Below, piece by piece: positions 19,598 through 29,939 of a stretch of DNA of 64,000 bases. The translations under genes were made by a program, and so were the position numbers. Source of the DNA: Candidatus Brocadiia bacterium (GTDB taxonomy: Bacteria; Planctomycetota; Brocadiia; SM23-32); the NCBI GenBank assembly GCA_046538485.1, contig JBKHIT010000021.1, positions 1 to 64,000 of the forward strand, in the 5' to 3' direction. The notes under the pieces were generated by a model. That model did not search any database and was not told where the DNA came from. It saw nothing but the letters and a program-made list of their open reading frames with translations. Each line of letters begins with the position of its first letter. Within the stretch, counting starts at the first letter, position 1.

Positions 19598-22500
19598 TCA
19601 GAAATCCAACTGCCGCCGCGGCGGAACGGGTGGTAGATCCGGGTATTTCCATTCTGCCACTTCAATCCGGTGTTCGCCATCTGTTACGCCAAAAGCAAAG
19701 GCAAATTGTGGTGTTTCGGTCCCCTTGCTGATGCTCGGGTCATCGGCCCAGCCGGCGTAATAGCGCACGCCATCCATGTGATACATCGGCCGCGTTATGT
19801 CCCGTGGCCATGTCGTGACAATGCTCCGCGTACGACCCGTCACCTTGCCCCTGATACTGTCCGACGTAAATGTAAGGTCGAACGGACCAAGCCCGCGCAC
19901 TCCGACGTTCCCAACCGTCAATTTCGCATACGTCGGATCAGGAACGACAAACCGTTTGTATTCCGGGGTGACGATAACCCGCGCTCGCCGCGCGTAAAAT
20001 TGCTTGTCTCCGGTCTTCACTTTGACGGGATGATCGGACTCGATCCAAAGATGTTGCGCATTTCCGCGTTTCAAGCGCTTCAGCCCCGGGACCACTTCGT
20101 CGGCGTCCTCAGGCACGCCTTTCCACTTCAGAGTGCAATCCGGCAGACGGTGAGTTTCGACTTCCGGTTTGAGATCGTCAAGGGGAATGGTCTCTTCAAG
20201 CGGCGCGGTCCCTTCGAGAAAGTGACCTTTATAGCCAACGCGTCCCGCACCACCGGTCAGCGAAAGAGTAACGGAATCTCCGTGCAGCCGGACTGTGCCT
20301 GTCGAGCCTTCAAATGTCACTTCTGCGCCCTGGTAATTCATATGTCGAGAGGACAAGAAGGCATAATCAGTGCCTTCTCGATGCTTTATCCGCATCACAC
20401 CGGGCGCCAGCTGTTTGATCTCCGGCGGCGGTTCCTCCTGATCCCGGGGATAAAGCACCCAGAAATAGTCTTCTTTTGGCCTGTTCGCCAATCGCATGAA
20501 AAGCCGTTTTTCGTATCCGCGGTCATCGCCCGGTTTGACCGGCGTCCCGTCCTTATGCACCCAGTCACGCGAGATTCTTTTCTTTTTATCCAGCCGGGAT
20601 CCCAGATTTGTGCCGTGCAGGCCGAGACGTTGTCGTTCTTCATAATAATCCGGGGCAACTTTATCAGGTCCCGAGAAAACAACATCCATGGTGGTCGGCC
20701 ACTCGCTATCCAGGACAAATCGGCCGCCCTTTTGCGCGAGGTGTTCCCTGCCCCCGAGCAGACTTAGATAAAGATACGAAGCCAGTTGCCCGTCACCTTG
20801 AAAGCTGTCCCGCAGCACGAAATAGTTGGGACTCGTCGCCGTTTCGCCCTTCATGAACAGCACCTGCCGGTCCCATTCGATCGCCCCCTGTTTCTGCTCG
20901 TATTGTTCGGAGAGTTTCCGGTAATTATCAATGGGAATGTTTGCATCAGTGGGTTTCCGGAAAGGTTCGGCGATTCCCGGAGATATGAACCAATCGGGAA
21001 ACCCCGTGCTCGCCCATGCATACTCGACCGTCCCGCCAAAAGCATGATCGAGAATGTTACAGTCAGGCCAGCCGTAAGGCCACATATTTTCCGGATGCCC
21101 GAACCGAATCACATTGTGCATGTCGTAGGCGGGATGGGGACGACGCCTGTCCGCGCTCGACCAGTAGGCCCATTGCTGAAACGGAACCAGCACAGATCCG
21201 CGGCTGAGCAAGAAAAAATGGCCCGGATCGGCCGGCGTCCAGTGACTCCAGTTGAAACCGGCTCTCAGCAGCATATACGTCTCATTCGGTCCCTGGTGAG
21301 CGCGAAAAATAACTCCCATTCCCGGATATATGCGGCTCCGCAGCTCCAGGGGCTCTGGGTTCACATCCCGGGGCACAATCCACTTGTTTTTCGGTTGGTT
21401 GGCACCGTTTTCCTTCCATGCCCACACCAGATTGGCCGCAAAATCCGGGTTCTTTCGCGTGAAACTTCCCGCGGCCTCCAGAAGATGCGAGATGTTCCCC
21501 GGCCCCGAATTAGCCAATCCGGGCAACATCCGACATTTGTAGCGCGGGTCGGCGGGCGTAAGAAGGTTTATGACGTAATCCCAATCGGGCTTGTGGTATT
21601 TTTTATAGAGCAAATCAACGTTGGGAGCATCGGCCGAAATTAAACCCGGCAGACTGTTGGTGGTTCGGGCGTAACCGTGCATGTGGTAGGACGCTCCGTA
21701 TTCAAAATACGCCCCCGCCGGCGCGATTTGCGTGGCCATTTTGTATTCGGTATACGGCGCCACATGAGCCCGCCATTTTCCAAACATCGGATGATCGGCG
21801 ACCAGAGGCAGAAAAGCATTCACGCCCATGTAGCGGGACGTGCCCATATTCGGGTTGCCCGTGTGGGCCCCGTTCCCGTAACTGATGAAATCGGGTTCCT
21901 CAAAAAGATACATGATCAACGCCAACCGGGCTCGCATTTCCTTTCGGACATCTTCGGGCAGATTTCCGCGCGCAAGCGTGGCGTCCGCTTTCGCCGCGGC
22001 TACATACGTGCCTGTGGTGAGATGATGACTGATCACAGGACAGGTGATCGGAGCGTTGCAGAGTCCGATGAGATATTTTCCGGGTCCTTTCGGCGCTTCA
22101 TGGTGGAGCTCTGAGCCGCGCTCCCGGTAAAGCCGCGGATATTTCAGGTCCTTGTCAGGCCACTCGAGGACGTAATCTTTATATCGATCGAGACCGATCA
22201 CCCCGTAGAACGAACGTATCTGCGCAAAGGGCCCGAGAGTCTTGAGCGACTCCGGTTTGGTAAAATAACTGAAACGCACGCGGCTTTGCTGGGGATCCTG
22301 AACCTTCGGGCGGCCCAGCGCCAGCCCCCACACCCGCCGCCCATACGTTCGGGAAAGGCCGGGGTCATGGTCAATTATCGAAAACGGTGAGGTTTCCGAA
22401 GCGCTATCTTTCGGCCAGGTGGCATGCCGGGCGCTCATGGGAAACAGGATCCGAACGTCGTGTGGCCCGTCCGATTTAATCGGCACGCAATTCATCTTCC

Positions 22501-23479
22501 GCCAGTTTCCCTTGCGCAGCGGAACTACTCCCACCATCGCACAGCTATCGGGCGATTTTTGGCGTTCAGCGTTGTTGAAAAGGCCCAGCTGGGAGAGACT
22601 GGGTGGGCAAGTATCGGGCGTGATACGGGGATTTCTCATCTTTGCCAGACCAGCAAGGGGTTTGACCTTGCCCTTGTCGATCCCGGAACCATTGCCGTGG
22701 GTCCGGGCAACTTCCATTCGGTCCGGTGACCAACCTTCTGCCAGTCGCAGTTCCCAGAAATCAGATCCGTCCAGAGATCCAAGGTCATACTCTTCGACCA
22801 CCTTGACCACCGGCACCCGATGGACCACCCGGATCTGCGCCCGGTAATACCCGCCCCCGTGCCATTCCAGTTCGTAAACAATTTCAGCGTAAACGGGCCC
22901 GCTGGAGGTGAGTTCCACCCGCATAGCCCTGACATTTCGTTCTGTCAAAATTTTGCTGCTGCCGAGCGGTTTGCTTTTGCCGCTTCGGAAACTGAGAATC
23001 GGAGCCTGAAGTTTCCGAGCCGGCACGGCCGGATCAAATGTCATCTTCCTTTCCGACGGCAAACGAAGGGAGAGAAGATCATTCGACATTACAATGGCTT
23101 TTTTGTCGGCATTAACACGAACCCCCGCGTCCGTTTTTCGGCCGCCGCTGTCCCTAATTTCGTAGGTGGCCTCGGCATTCGGAGCCACCTCGGCCACAAA
23201 ACTGAGAATTTTACCCTCTCCATCTTCCGGATTTGAGAACTGCAACGGAATGAGTTTGCCTGTGCTGTCAAACAAGCTCAGGTTCTTCCCAGCCAATCCC
23301 TCGCCCGTGAGCCTGTATCTCACGAGGTCGGGTGCGAAACCACGCCCGGTATAATCATGAATTTTCAAGGTCTTTTCAGCAGCCCCGACCCAGCCTGTGC
23401 ATATCAGCCCGCAAAAAACAAACGTCAATATTACGAAAACTCTCAATCGTTGACAGCTACTCATTCTCTGGTTTCTCAC
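19598..23479 (-). CDS. Large secreted hypothetical protein (1293 aa), possibly containing a heparinase II/III-like lyase module
   Basis: Long ORF with GAGGAG SD and signal peptide; the segment IFRAH..ETYMLLRAG..SHW..DPGHF resembles heparinase-II/III-like domains (tentative). Confidence 0.7.
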   Translation of the reverse strand: MRNQRMSSCQRLRVFVILTFVFCGLICTGWVGAAEKTLKIHDYTGRGFAPDLVRYRLTGEGLAGKNLSLFDSTGKLIPLQFSNPEDGEGKILSFVAEVAPNAEATYEIRDSGGRKTDAGVRVNADKKAIVMSNDLLSLRLPSERKMTFDPAVPARKLQAPILSFRSGKSKPLGSSKILTERNVRAMRVELTSSGPVYAEIVYELEWHGGGYYRAQIRVVHRVPVVKVVEEYDLGSLDGSDFWELRLAEGWSPDRMEVARTHGNGSGIDKGKVKPLAGLAKMRNPRITPDTCPPSLSQLGLFNNAERQKSPDSCAMVGVVPLRKGNWRKMNCVPIKSDGPHDVRILFPMSARHATWPKDSASETSPFSIIDHDPGLSRTYGRRVWGLALGRPKVQDPQQSRVRFSYFTKPESLKTLGPFAQIRSFYGVIGLDRYKDYVLEWPDKDLKYPRLYRERGSELHHEAPKGPGKYLIGLCNAPITCPVISHHLTTGTYVAAAKADATLARGNLPEDVRKEMRARLALIMYLFEEPDFISYGNGAHTGNPNMGTSRYMGVNAFLPLVADHPMFGKWRAHVAPYTEYKMATQIAPAGAYFEYGASYHMHGYARTTNSLPGLISADAPNVDLLYKKYHKPDWDYVINLLTPADPRYKCRMLPGLANSGPGNISHLLEAAGSFTRKNPDFAANLVWAWKENGANQPKNKWIVPRDVNPEPLELRSRIYPGMGVIFRAHQGPNETYMLLRAGFNWSHWTPADPGHFFLLSRGSVLVPFQQWAYWSSADRRRPHPAYDMHNVIRFGHPENMWPYGWPDCNILDHAFGGTVEYAWASTGFPDWFISPGIAEPFRKPTDANIPIDNYRKLSEQYEQKQGAIEWDRQVLFMKGETATSPNYFVLRDSFQGDGQLASYLYLSLLGGREHLAQKGGRFVLDSEWPTTMDVVFSGPDKVAPDYYEERQRLGLHGTNLGSRLDKKKRISRDWVHKDGTPVKPGDDRGYEKRLFMRLANRPKEDYFWVLYPRDQEEPPPEIKQLAPGVMRIKHREGTDYAFLSSRHMNYQGAEVTFEGSTGTVRLHGDSVTLSLTGGAGRVGYKGHFLEGTAPLEETIPLDDLKPEVETHRLPDCTLKWKGVPEDADEVVPGLKRLKRGNAQHLWIESDHPVKVKTGDKQFYARRARVIVTPEYKRFVVPDPTYAKLTVGNVGVRGLGPFDLTFTSDSIRGKVTGRTRSIVTTWPRDITRPMYHMDGVRYYAGWADDPSISKGTETPQFAFAFGVTDGEHRIEVAEWKYPDLPPVPPRRQLDF

Positions 23480-23539
23480 TGACGATCTCCTCGTTGAATT
23501 TTACTCCGATCCGCCTGACGCCGGACGCAACCTATCTTC

Positions 23540-23752
23540 TCATTTGTTTTCAAGGAGCTTCTCCACACATTTTAACACCCGTTCAAAATCCAAAATCGAC
23601 AACTTCCGGGCCGCCGGTTCTTCACAGCCACCTTTCGTCCCGAGATTGAATTCCAGCAGACTGGTATACTTGCTGATAGTGTGGGAGACCTTCAGGCGGA
23701 AATGGGCGCGGCAAACGCCGGCCTTAAAATTGGAGACAGGAACATTGAAGAA
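23540..23752 (-). pseudogene. Start-less 70-codon open frame (FFNVPVSNF...VEKLLENK*), probable C-terminal remnant of a deleted gene
   Basis: Manual translation. It begins where the upstream prepilin loses its expected motif and ends 60 nt before the next gene. Confidence 0.4.
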
Positions 23753-24498
23753 CCGACCTCGTAGTGATCGTCGTGTCGGTTCCGGTAGAGATATGAAGCC
23801 GGGTTGAAAAGCGCGCCTCCATAGCTATATCGATCCGAGGCGGCGGGTTGCATCATAATCGTTCTGGAAGCGCGCCGCACATCAGCGATCCGGTACCAGT
23901 AACGGCACCTGTACGAATTGCCCTTGTTGACATGGTGGTGGTAAGTCCATGACATATAATAGTTTGGCATATAATTTGAGATCGCGCCAGAGCCGTAATA
24001 GTCCGGATCGCCGGACGGATTATGCCACTGCCAGGCCTGATAATCGTACCATCTGGGGACGGCGTGGCTGGTTTTGGAAAGTTTCACTGATGGGCACTTC
24101 CAGACTCCGACCGGCCGATAAGTACCCGGCCGTCCCCCACCTCGAAAATGGTCGTAGCCGAGTTCCGGGTACCAATCCGGACGATAGACGTTTGGCGCAT
24201 AACCTTCCCAGGCGAGGAGAGTGTAGTATTTGCTTTTATGAATGGTCAGATATTCTATCGGGCTGCCAGGATTAGTACGGGTCAACTGCGGCAGACCGCC
24301 GTAATTCTCGGCGTAGAACTGGCACCCCAATGCGAGTTGCCGCACATTATTCTTGCAGCTGGCATCCCGAGCGGCTTCACGGGCGCTTTCCAGTGCCGGC
24401 ATCAACATCGCCGCAAGAATCGCGATAATCGCAATGACCACCAGAAGCTCTATAAGCGTAAAAGCTTTTCTCAATTCTTGTCTCCGGATCAATGACAA
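23692..24498 (-). CDS. Prepilin-type (DUF1559-like) protein, apparently truncated just before the DG motif
   Basis: [42 protein letters not shown] is followed by non-family sequence instead of F.DGH. Confidence 0.8.
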   Translation of the reverse strand: MSLIRRQELRKAFTLIELLVVIAIIAILAAMLMPALESAREAARDASCKNNVRQLALGCQFYAENYGGLPQLTRTNPGSPIEYLTIHKSKYYTLLAWEGYAPNVYRPDWYPELGYDHFRGGGRPGTYRPVGVWKCPSVKLSKTSHAVPRWYDYQAWQWHNPSGDPDYYGSGAISNYMPNYYMSWTYHHHVNKGNSYRCRYWYRIADVRRASRTIMMQPAASDRYSYGGALFNPASYLYRNRHDDHYEVGSSMFLSPILRPAFAAPISA

Positions 24499-24677
24499 TG
24501 TTACGAAGACTTGAAAACTCCATAGTTTCCACCACTAACAGTTTACCCATGCAGCAGGTCAGTCTGTCAAACCCATTTCAATGCCGCCGAAGGACAAACC
24601 GTTTTGCGTGAGAAACCAATCTGATGTTTAATAGTCCATTAATAAAAGCACACATTTCTCTCAACAGGAGGCTCGTT

Positions 24678-25487
24678 ATGAAAAAGTCTGTGCTCCTTTT
24701 AGCTTTTGTTCTCTCAGCAGCCGTAATGTCCTCCCCTGCGCCAGCCGCGGGCAAACTGGAGGTTAAAACAGCCGGGATACAGATTGCCGCCGCACCTTAT
24801 GATGTTGACGATTGGCAGACACGCCCATTCAATAGCCGGGGCACAGCCGTGGCATTGCTCGCCAAATATCCCGAAGCTGCGATCATCGCACTGGATACTG
24901 ATAACTGTAAGCTGGATCAATTTACCGACGACACCGGCAAAGACCTGACAAAAAAGCCGAAGACAAAACAACGCTTCCATCTTCAATCCGCTTTTTCTCG
25001 TTCGCACGTCAGTAAAGATCGTCACGCTGTCCTGCTGCAGATCCGAGGTGCATCAATCCCCGCTCCAAAAGCCAAAACGATTCACATCAAGGGCTCTGTT
25101 CAGATAAAGGTGGCGCGTGAGAGAAAAACCGCTTTGCAGAAGGGCCTCAAGCTCGAAGATAATTCGAAAATCACGGCCGGCCCTGTCGAATTCACGCTGG
25201 GCAAAGTTAAGTCGACAAAACAGGGCAAAATACGCAAGATAATCGAACTCAAAGCCACCGAAGCGATTGATCACATCGAAAAAATCCGTTTTCTCGATGG
25301 CCAAGGGAATGAGATCAAGTCACGTGGAAGAGGCTCGTCCACAATGCGGTTCGGCGGAAACGTAAAAGTACAAAAGCGGGTTGGGCTGGAGAGAGACATG
25401 GGTACCGTCGATGTTGAAATAACATACTGGGACGGGCTTGAAACAAAGACGATGCCACTCGACGTCAGAGCCGGACTCGGACTGTGA
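24678..25487 (+). CDS. Secreted hypothetical protein
   Basis: AGGAGG SD; MKKSVLLLAFVLSAA signal peptide; beta-rich mature part. Confidence 0.75.
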   Translation: MKKSVLLLAFVLSAAVMSSPAPAAGKLEVKTAGIQIAAAPYDVDDWQTRPFNSRGTAVALLAKYPEAAIIALDTDNCKLDQFTDDTGKDLTKKPKTKQRFHLQSAFSRSHVSKDRHAVLLQIRGASIPAPKAKTIHIKGSVQIKVARERKTALQKGLKLEDNSKITAGPVEFTLGKVKSTKQGKIRKIIELKATEAIDHIEKIRFLDGQGNEIKSRGRGSSTMRFGGNVKVQKRVGLERDMGTVDVEITYWDGLETKTMPLDVRAGLGL

Positions 25488-25542
25488 CCCGGTGCTGAGC
25501 CGGCCATAATGGTTTTCTGAAGTCCGCGCGTGGTGGTGGAGC

Positions 25543-25586
25543 GAGCGGACCGGACTTCACCCGAAGGGTGGAGTTCAGAACGCGGT
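25543..25586 (+). repeat. Family A hairpin repeat (compensatory variant cttcaC..Gtggag)
   Basis: gagcggaccggacttcac ccgaagg gtggagttcagaacgcggt. Confidence 0.85.
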
Positions 25587-25746
25587 CCGATTTCTGGGGC
25601 GGGATACGGGGTCTGAAAGCTGCAGGGCTGTTCGGATGCAAGCCGATTTTCAGACGCGCGGCCGGTTTTTTGTGCCCAGATTGTGAACCTGACGCTGGAG
25701 GATCTCGCAGCCTTTGGAGCCGGCTGCCGGCTGTCCCTTGTGTCCT

Positions 25747-26241
25747 TCACGCCAGATCCCGCAGGTGATCGCGGAGCAGATGATGAACAAGGGCCGGAAG
25801 AATCGCGCCGACCACCACCACAATGCTCGTTTTCACCTTCACACCTTGCATCGCCACCCCCAACGCCGTGCTCGAAGCCGGCGGGTGTTCAGTATCGGTC
25901 ACGACCATCAGGAATATGGACAACCCCACGGAAAACGAATAAAGCGAATACTGCAAAATAAGGCTCTCCCCCACGGCCGCTGTGGTCAGAGTGCAAAGCG
26001 CCCCCGATGCGAGCCCTACCATCTGCCCACCGACAACGTTCCGTGTTTGGGCGGTCAGCGACTTCGGCATCGCGAAAACAATAAAGGCAGTCGAGCCCAG
26101 GGATGCGACAATTAACACATCGGCAGCGTCAAGCACAAACAGCAGAACAAAAAATACAAGAGTCGCCAGACCGCTCTGTAAAATATAATTCTTCCAATAC
26201 TGCCGGAACTCCTCCAGCATTTTCTCCAGCGACCGATTCAT
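25747..26241 (-). CDS. HPP family membrane protein
   Basis: ASLGSTAFIVF, RNVVGG, TEHPPA motif. Confidence 0.9.
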   Translation of the reverse strand: MNRSLEKMLEEFRQYWKNYILQSGLATLVFFVLLFVLDAADVLIVASLGSTAFIVFAMPKSLTAQTRNVVGGQMVGLASGALCTLTTAAVGESLILQYSLYSFSVGLSIFLMVVTDTEHPPASSTALGVAMQGVKVKTSIVVVVGAILPALVHHLLRDHLRDLA

Positions 26242-26552
26242 AGGTGCTCCACTGTCACATTAATTTCATCGACATTCTCTATTGTCGGGGGGTTAAAAGT
26301 CAAACCGCCGACAACACTGAGGGATTTGCGCCGCGAGACGTCTCGGCGTTTAATAGCTGTAGGATTCCTTAAAACCGCCGCCCGTTCCCGATTGCCACCA
26401 GTGGTCCAGGCGCAATTAGCTTACCTTGAAGAGAGCGAAGGGCATAATTTAAAGATCTCCCTTGCATATTCTGCCCGCCTCAGTCATAATGCTCGCCTTC
26501 CGAACAAACTCTTTTGACTGCATAAGCAACATGACTCAACGGAGGCAATGTA

Positions 26553-27542
26553 ATGCGAGGATTGCGAAACCTGGGTAATGGAAAAGTGGAACTTGTCGAT
26601 GATCTTCCGACCCCGAAACCCGGCGATGGCGAAGTGCTGGTCAAGATCAAAGCCAGTGCCGTTTGCGGCAGTGAACTTGGCGCCATCAACGGCGACAATG
26701 AGATGGATGGTAACAGCGGACATGAATGCATGGGAATTGTGCAGGACCCAAACGGATCCACCCGCGTGGAAAAAGGCCAGCGAGTCGGCGTGGCCACACT
26801 TCAGGGCTGCGGAACCTGCATGTGGTGCGACCAGGGCAAACCTGACTTCTGCGACAACGTCGGCGTCGTGGGCAATACCCACAGCGAGTTCGTGGTGAGC
26901 AAAGAACGCTGGCTGCTCCCGCTCCCCGACGATATTACCGACGTTGAAGGCGTTCTGCTCGCCGGCGACGGCCTTGGGGTCCCATGGGGCGCGTCGGTGC
27001 GCGGCGAGGTCGAAGAAGGCAATATCACCTGCGTGCTCGGATGCGGCGCGGTCGGGCTGGGCAACCTGCTGGTCCACCGCTACCTCGGCGCGCAAGTCAT
27101 TGCCGTCGATATCAACCCCAAACGCCTGGATCTGGCCGAACAGATGGGTGCCTGGAAAACGATCAACGCCAGGGAAAGTGATGTTGGTGACGCCATGATG
27201 GAACTGACCGATGGGGTCGGTCCCGATGTCTGCATCGAAGCCTGCGGCCAGCAGGCCACACTCGACGCTGCCATCAAAGGCACAAAACCCGGCGGCACGA
27301 TTGTGCAATGCGGGCACGGCGAGCAGAGCATAAACCCCCAGAACCTGATCTGCCGGCGTAACCTGCGGTTGGTCGGAAACTGGGTCTGTCATTTCTGTGA
27401 AGTCGACGACATGATGACCGCCATCCGACGCGGGCTCCGCATCCGCGACCTCGTAACCGGGATCTACCCGCTCGAAGAAGCGCAGACCGGTTACGATCGG
27501 TTCATCGCGGGCGAAGAAGCCAAAATCGTCTTTACCCAGTGA
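26553..27542 (+). CDS. Zinc-binding (MDR) alcohol dehydrogenase
   Basis: VCGSE, GHE, CGTCMWC..G...C structural Zn site, GCGAVG; GGAGG SD; TTGCAT-17-CATAAT promoter at 26462-26490. Confidence 0.92.
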   Translation: MRGLRNLGNGKVELVDDLPTPKPGDGEVLVKIKASAVCGSELGAINGDNEMDGNSGHECMGIVQDPNGSTRVEKGQRVGVATLQGCGTCMWCDQGKPDFCDNVGVVGNTHSEFVVSKERWLLPLPDDITDVEGVLLAGDGLGVPWGASVRGEVEEGNITCVLGCGAVGLGNLLVHRYLGAQVIAVDINPKRLDLAEQMGAWKTINARESDVGDAMMELTDGVGPDVCIEACGQQATLDAAIKGTKPGGTIVQCGHGEQSINPQNLICRRNLRLVGNWVCHFCEVDDMMTAIRRGLRIRDLVTGIYPLEEAQTGYDRFIAGEEAKIVFTQ

Positions 27543-27602
27543 ACCTGATCGATTAAATTCACATTGCTAACTCGACAGGTGGATCCGAAAAAGGAGGGAA
27601 AA

Positions 27603-27893
27603 ATGGTCACAGCATTCGTATTGATCAACGCCCGACGCGACATGGTGCCTGAAACCGCCGAAGCACTCACGGACCTGGACGGTGTCGCAGAGGTTTATTC
27701 GGTGGCCGGGGAATACGACCTGATCGCTGTCATCAGGGTCGCGACAAACGAAGAACTGGCGGAGCTGGTGACCGAGCACATGCTCAAACTCCAGGGAATC
27801 GCCCGGACCGAAACCCTCATCGCTTTCCGCGCCTACAGTTCCTACGACCTGGAACGCATGTTCTCAATCGGGCTTGAGAAAGAGGAAGAATAA
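27603..27893 (+). CDS. Stand-alone Lrp/AsnC ligand-binding (RAM) domain protein
   Basis: MVTAFVLI...EVYSVAGEYDLIA...TETLIAF; GGAGG SD. Confidence 0.88.
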   Translation: MVTAFVLINARRDMVPETAEALTDLDGVAEVYSVAGEYDLIAVIRVATNEELAELVTEHMLKLQGIARTETLIAFRAYSSYDLERMFSIGLEKEEE

Positions 27894-27923
27894 TTCTCGT
27901 CCGCGGGGTGAAATCTGGACTGC

Positions 27924-28349
27924 TTACACCGTCACCGTGTTTGAAAGCCAAATATCCTCGGCACTGGCTATCCGAAGCGTTGTATTTTCCTCATCGTCAA
28001 ACGCATATATCTCGGCTCGCTCCAGCTCCTTGCCTGTCAGCCCCCCCTTCGTCACGACAAACACATCGACTTTGAGCATTGTATTTAGATGAATAACATT
28101 GAAGCTCGACCGATGCTCAATCGCTTCCTCAATCATCCCGGAACTTACGTAGAAATCGTCCCTTAGACCCTCCACAAAAGCATCGACGTCACCGAGCATC
28201 ATGGCCGCAACAACGTCGACATCCTGAGTGGAGCGAGGTATACCGTAAACAGAACTCGCGAGCGAACCCACAACGGCATAGGGGATATTCAGCTTCTCCA
28301 GTTTCTCGGCCACCATCCTGACCACACGAATCGGCTCACCAAGAGTCAT
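27924..28349 (-). CDS. Nucleotidyltransferase-fold toxin (MenT1/DUF6036-like), apparently C-terminally truncated
   Basis: YAVVGSLAS..YGIPRSTQDVD NTase motif; ends at ASAEDIWLS without the usual ED...K / D..D tail. Confidence 0.7.
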   Translation of the reverse strand: MTLGEPIRVVRMVAEKLEKLNIPYAVVGSLASSVYGIPRSTQDVDVVAAMMLGDVDAFVEGLRDDFYVSSGMIEEAIEHRSSFNVIHLNTMLKVDVFVVTKGGLTGKELERAEIYAFDDEENTTLRIASAEDIWLSNTVTV

Positions 28350-28350
28350 C

Positions 28351-28629
28351 TTAATACCCCTCTTCCTCCGGGTCCCAGCCAAAAGCCCGAATCATGGTCT
28401 CGCGGTCAATCCATAGAGAAGCCAACCGCAGTTTTTCCTCCCGTTCGGACATCTCACCGTATTGTCGACGAATACGCATCAGAGCGGCCTGCCGAATTGC
28501 TTTGGATAGTTCGCTGACCTGCTGCATCTTCTCGGCAGGTGACATGCGGCGATATCCCTCAATTAACACTTTACGCGCCTCCGGAGATGTGTCCCGTAAC
28601 CATGATTTCGCCGGTGGTTCTTCCGACAT
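28351..28629 (-). CDS. Small helical antitoxin-like partner (MenA1-like)
   Basis: DTSPEA...RRMSPAEK...RIRRQYG; 1 nt upstream of the NTase gene; AGGAG SD. Confidence 0.65.
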   Translation of the reverse strand: MSEEPPAKSWLRDTSPEARKVLIEGYRRMSPAEKMQQVSELSKAIRQAALMRIRRQYGEMSEREEKLRLASLWIDRETMIRAFGWDPEEEGY

Positions 28630-28963
28630 TCACATCTCCTTTGAGCCATGAGTCATCCACAATATTACCAGATCTTGCCGTCTGCCTTCACCCGTGAGAA
28701 ATTTGAGCTGTGCCTCCTTGCGATCACCGGTAGCCAGAGATTTGCCGAGAATCCCAACGGGTTTTGCCCTCCAAGCCCGGATTTTTGGCTGAGAAGGGTT
28801 ATGAACGGTCTTCAATAAAGATTCTACCCCGATTTGGCAAGAATGGCTTCCAATTACCCGTAAAATCCGGGCTGGGGACGCAAATTCCTTAGTTTTCCAT
28901 CGGAAAGATTTTTCACGGGATAGCCGGCTGAAACTCCGGGATGTCTTCTCCAACGAAACGAAA

Positions 28964-29836
28964 TCAGGACGTTCCTTTGCCCAGAACTCGCGCGATGTCC
29001 ACATACTGTTCGGGCGATAATTTGCCGGGACGGACGGACGGATCGATCTTGAGCGTTTCGAGAACATTCTGGGCAGCCGCCCTGTCCCAGCCGATTTTGA
29101 GGGCCCGTCGCAACGTCTTCCGACGGCTTTGCATAATATTCTGAACCACCCGCGACAACTCGGCAATATCAATCGGGATCTGCTCAGCGGCCAGAGGATG
29201 GAGCGCCACAAAATCGGAGGAGACCTTCGGGGCAGGCCAGAACGCATCCGGCGGCACCGAGAACAAACGTTCAGCCCGGGCCGCAACGGCAACAATTATC
29301 GTCAACGGACCGTACTTCTTGGTCCCCGGCTCAGCCGTCAACCGGTCCACCACCTCCGACTGCAGCGTCACATAAAGCCCGTCGATCTCGACCTCCCAGT
29401 CGAGGAGATCGATGATCGCGGGAGAGCTTATCTGGTAAGGCAGGTTGCTGACAACCGTCCAGGCTCCTCCTTTGGCCAGAACAGACGCCTTTTCGGTCAC
29501 GGCAGTATTGATCCGGTGTTTGCTCTCCAGAAAATCCTCATGGAGCATCACTACCGAATCACGGTCGGCCAGGCGTTGGCTGGCGGCTTTGTAGAGGCCC
29601 CGGTCAATCTCAACGGTGATGACCCGTTCAGTCTTTTCGGCAAGCCGTTCGGTCAAACGACCAAAACCAGTTCCAATCTCCAGGACGCGATCTTCCGGGC
29701 CGACTCCACTGGTTTTCACAATTTTATCGAGCAGCTCACCCGAAACGATAAAATTCTGCCCGTATCGTTTGTTGACAGCCAGCCCGAAACGGTCAAATAG
29801 TCGGCGTGGATGATCGTTGGCGGGATTCTCGTTCAC
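28964..29836 (-). CDS. rsmA: 16S rRNA m6,2A dimethyltransferase
   Basis: YGQNF, LEIGTGFG, VEID, SNLPYQIS, FWPAPKVSS, RRKTL; GTG start with GAGGTG SD. Confidence 0.93.
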   Translation of the reverse strand: MNENPANDHPRRLFDRFGLAVNKRYGQNFIVSGELLDKIVKTSGVGPEDRVLEIGTGFGRLTERLAEKTERVITVEIDRGLYKAASQRLADRDSVVMLHEDFLESKHRINTAVTEKASVLAKGGAWTVVSNLPYQISSPAIIDLLDWEVEIDGLYVTLQSEVVDRLTAEPGTKKYGPLTIIVAVAARAERLFSVPPDAFWPAPKVSSDFVALHPLAAEQIPIDIAELSRVVQNIMQSRRKTLRRALKIGWDRAAAQNVLETLKIDPSVRPGKLSPEQYVDIARVLGKGTS

Positions 29837-29939
29837 CGTTTCACCTCGACAATAGCTCAATGGACACGAAAAATCCGCCGGTGCAACGGGGAAAACGCCG
29901 CAAACAGTTCCGTGACCAAGCCCCAACCCTCATGCCCTT

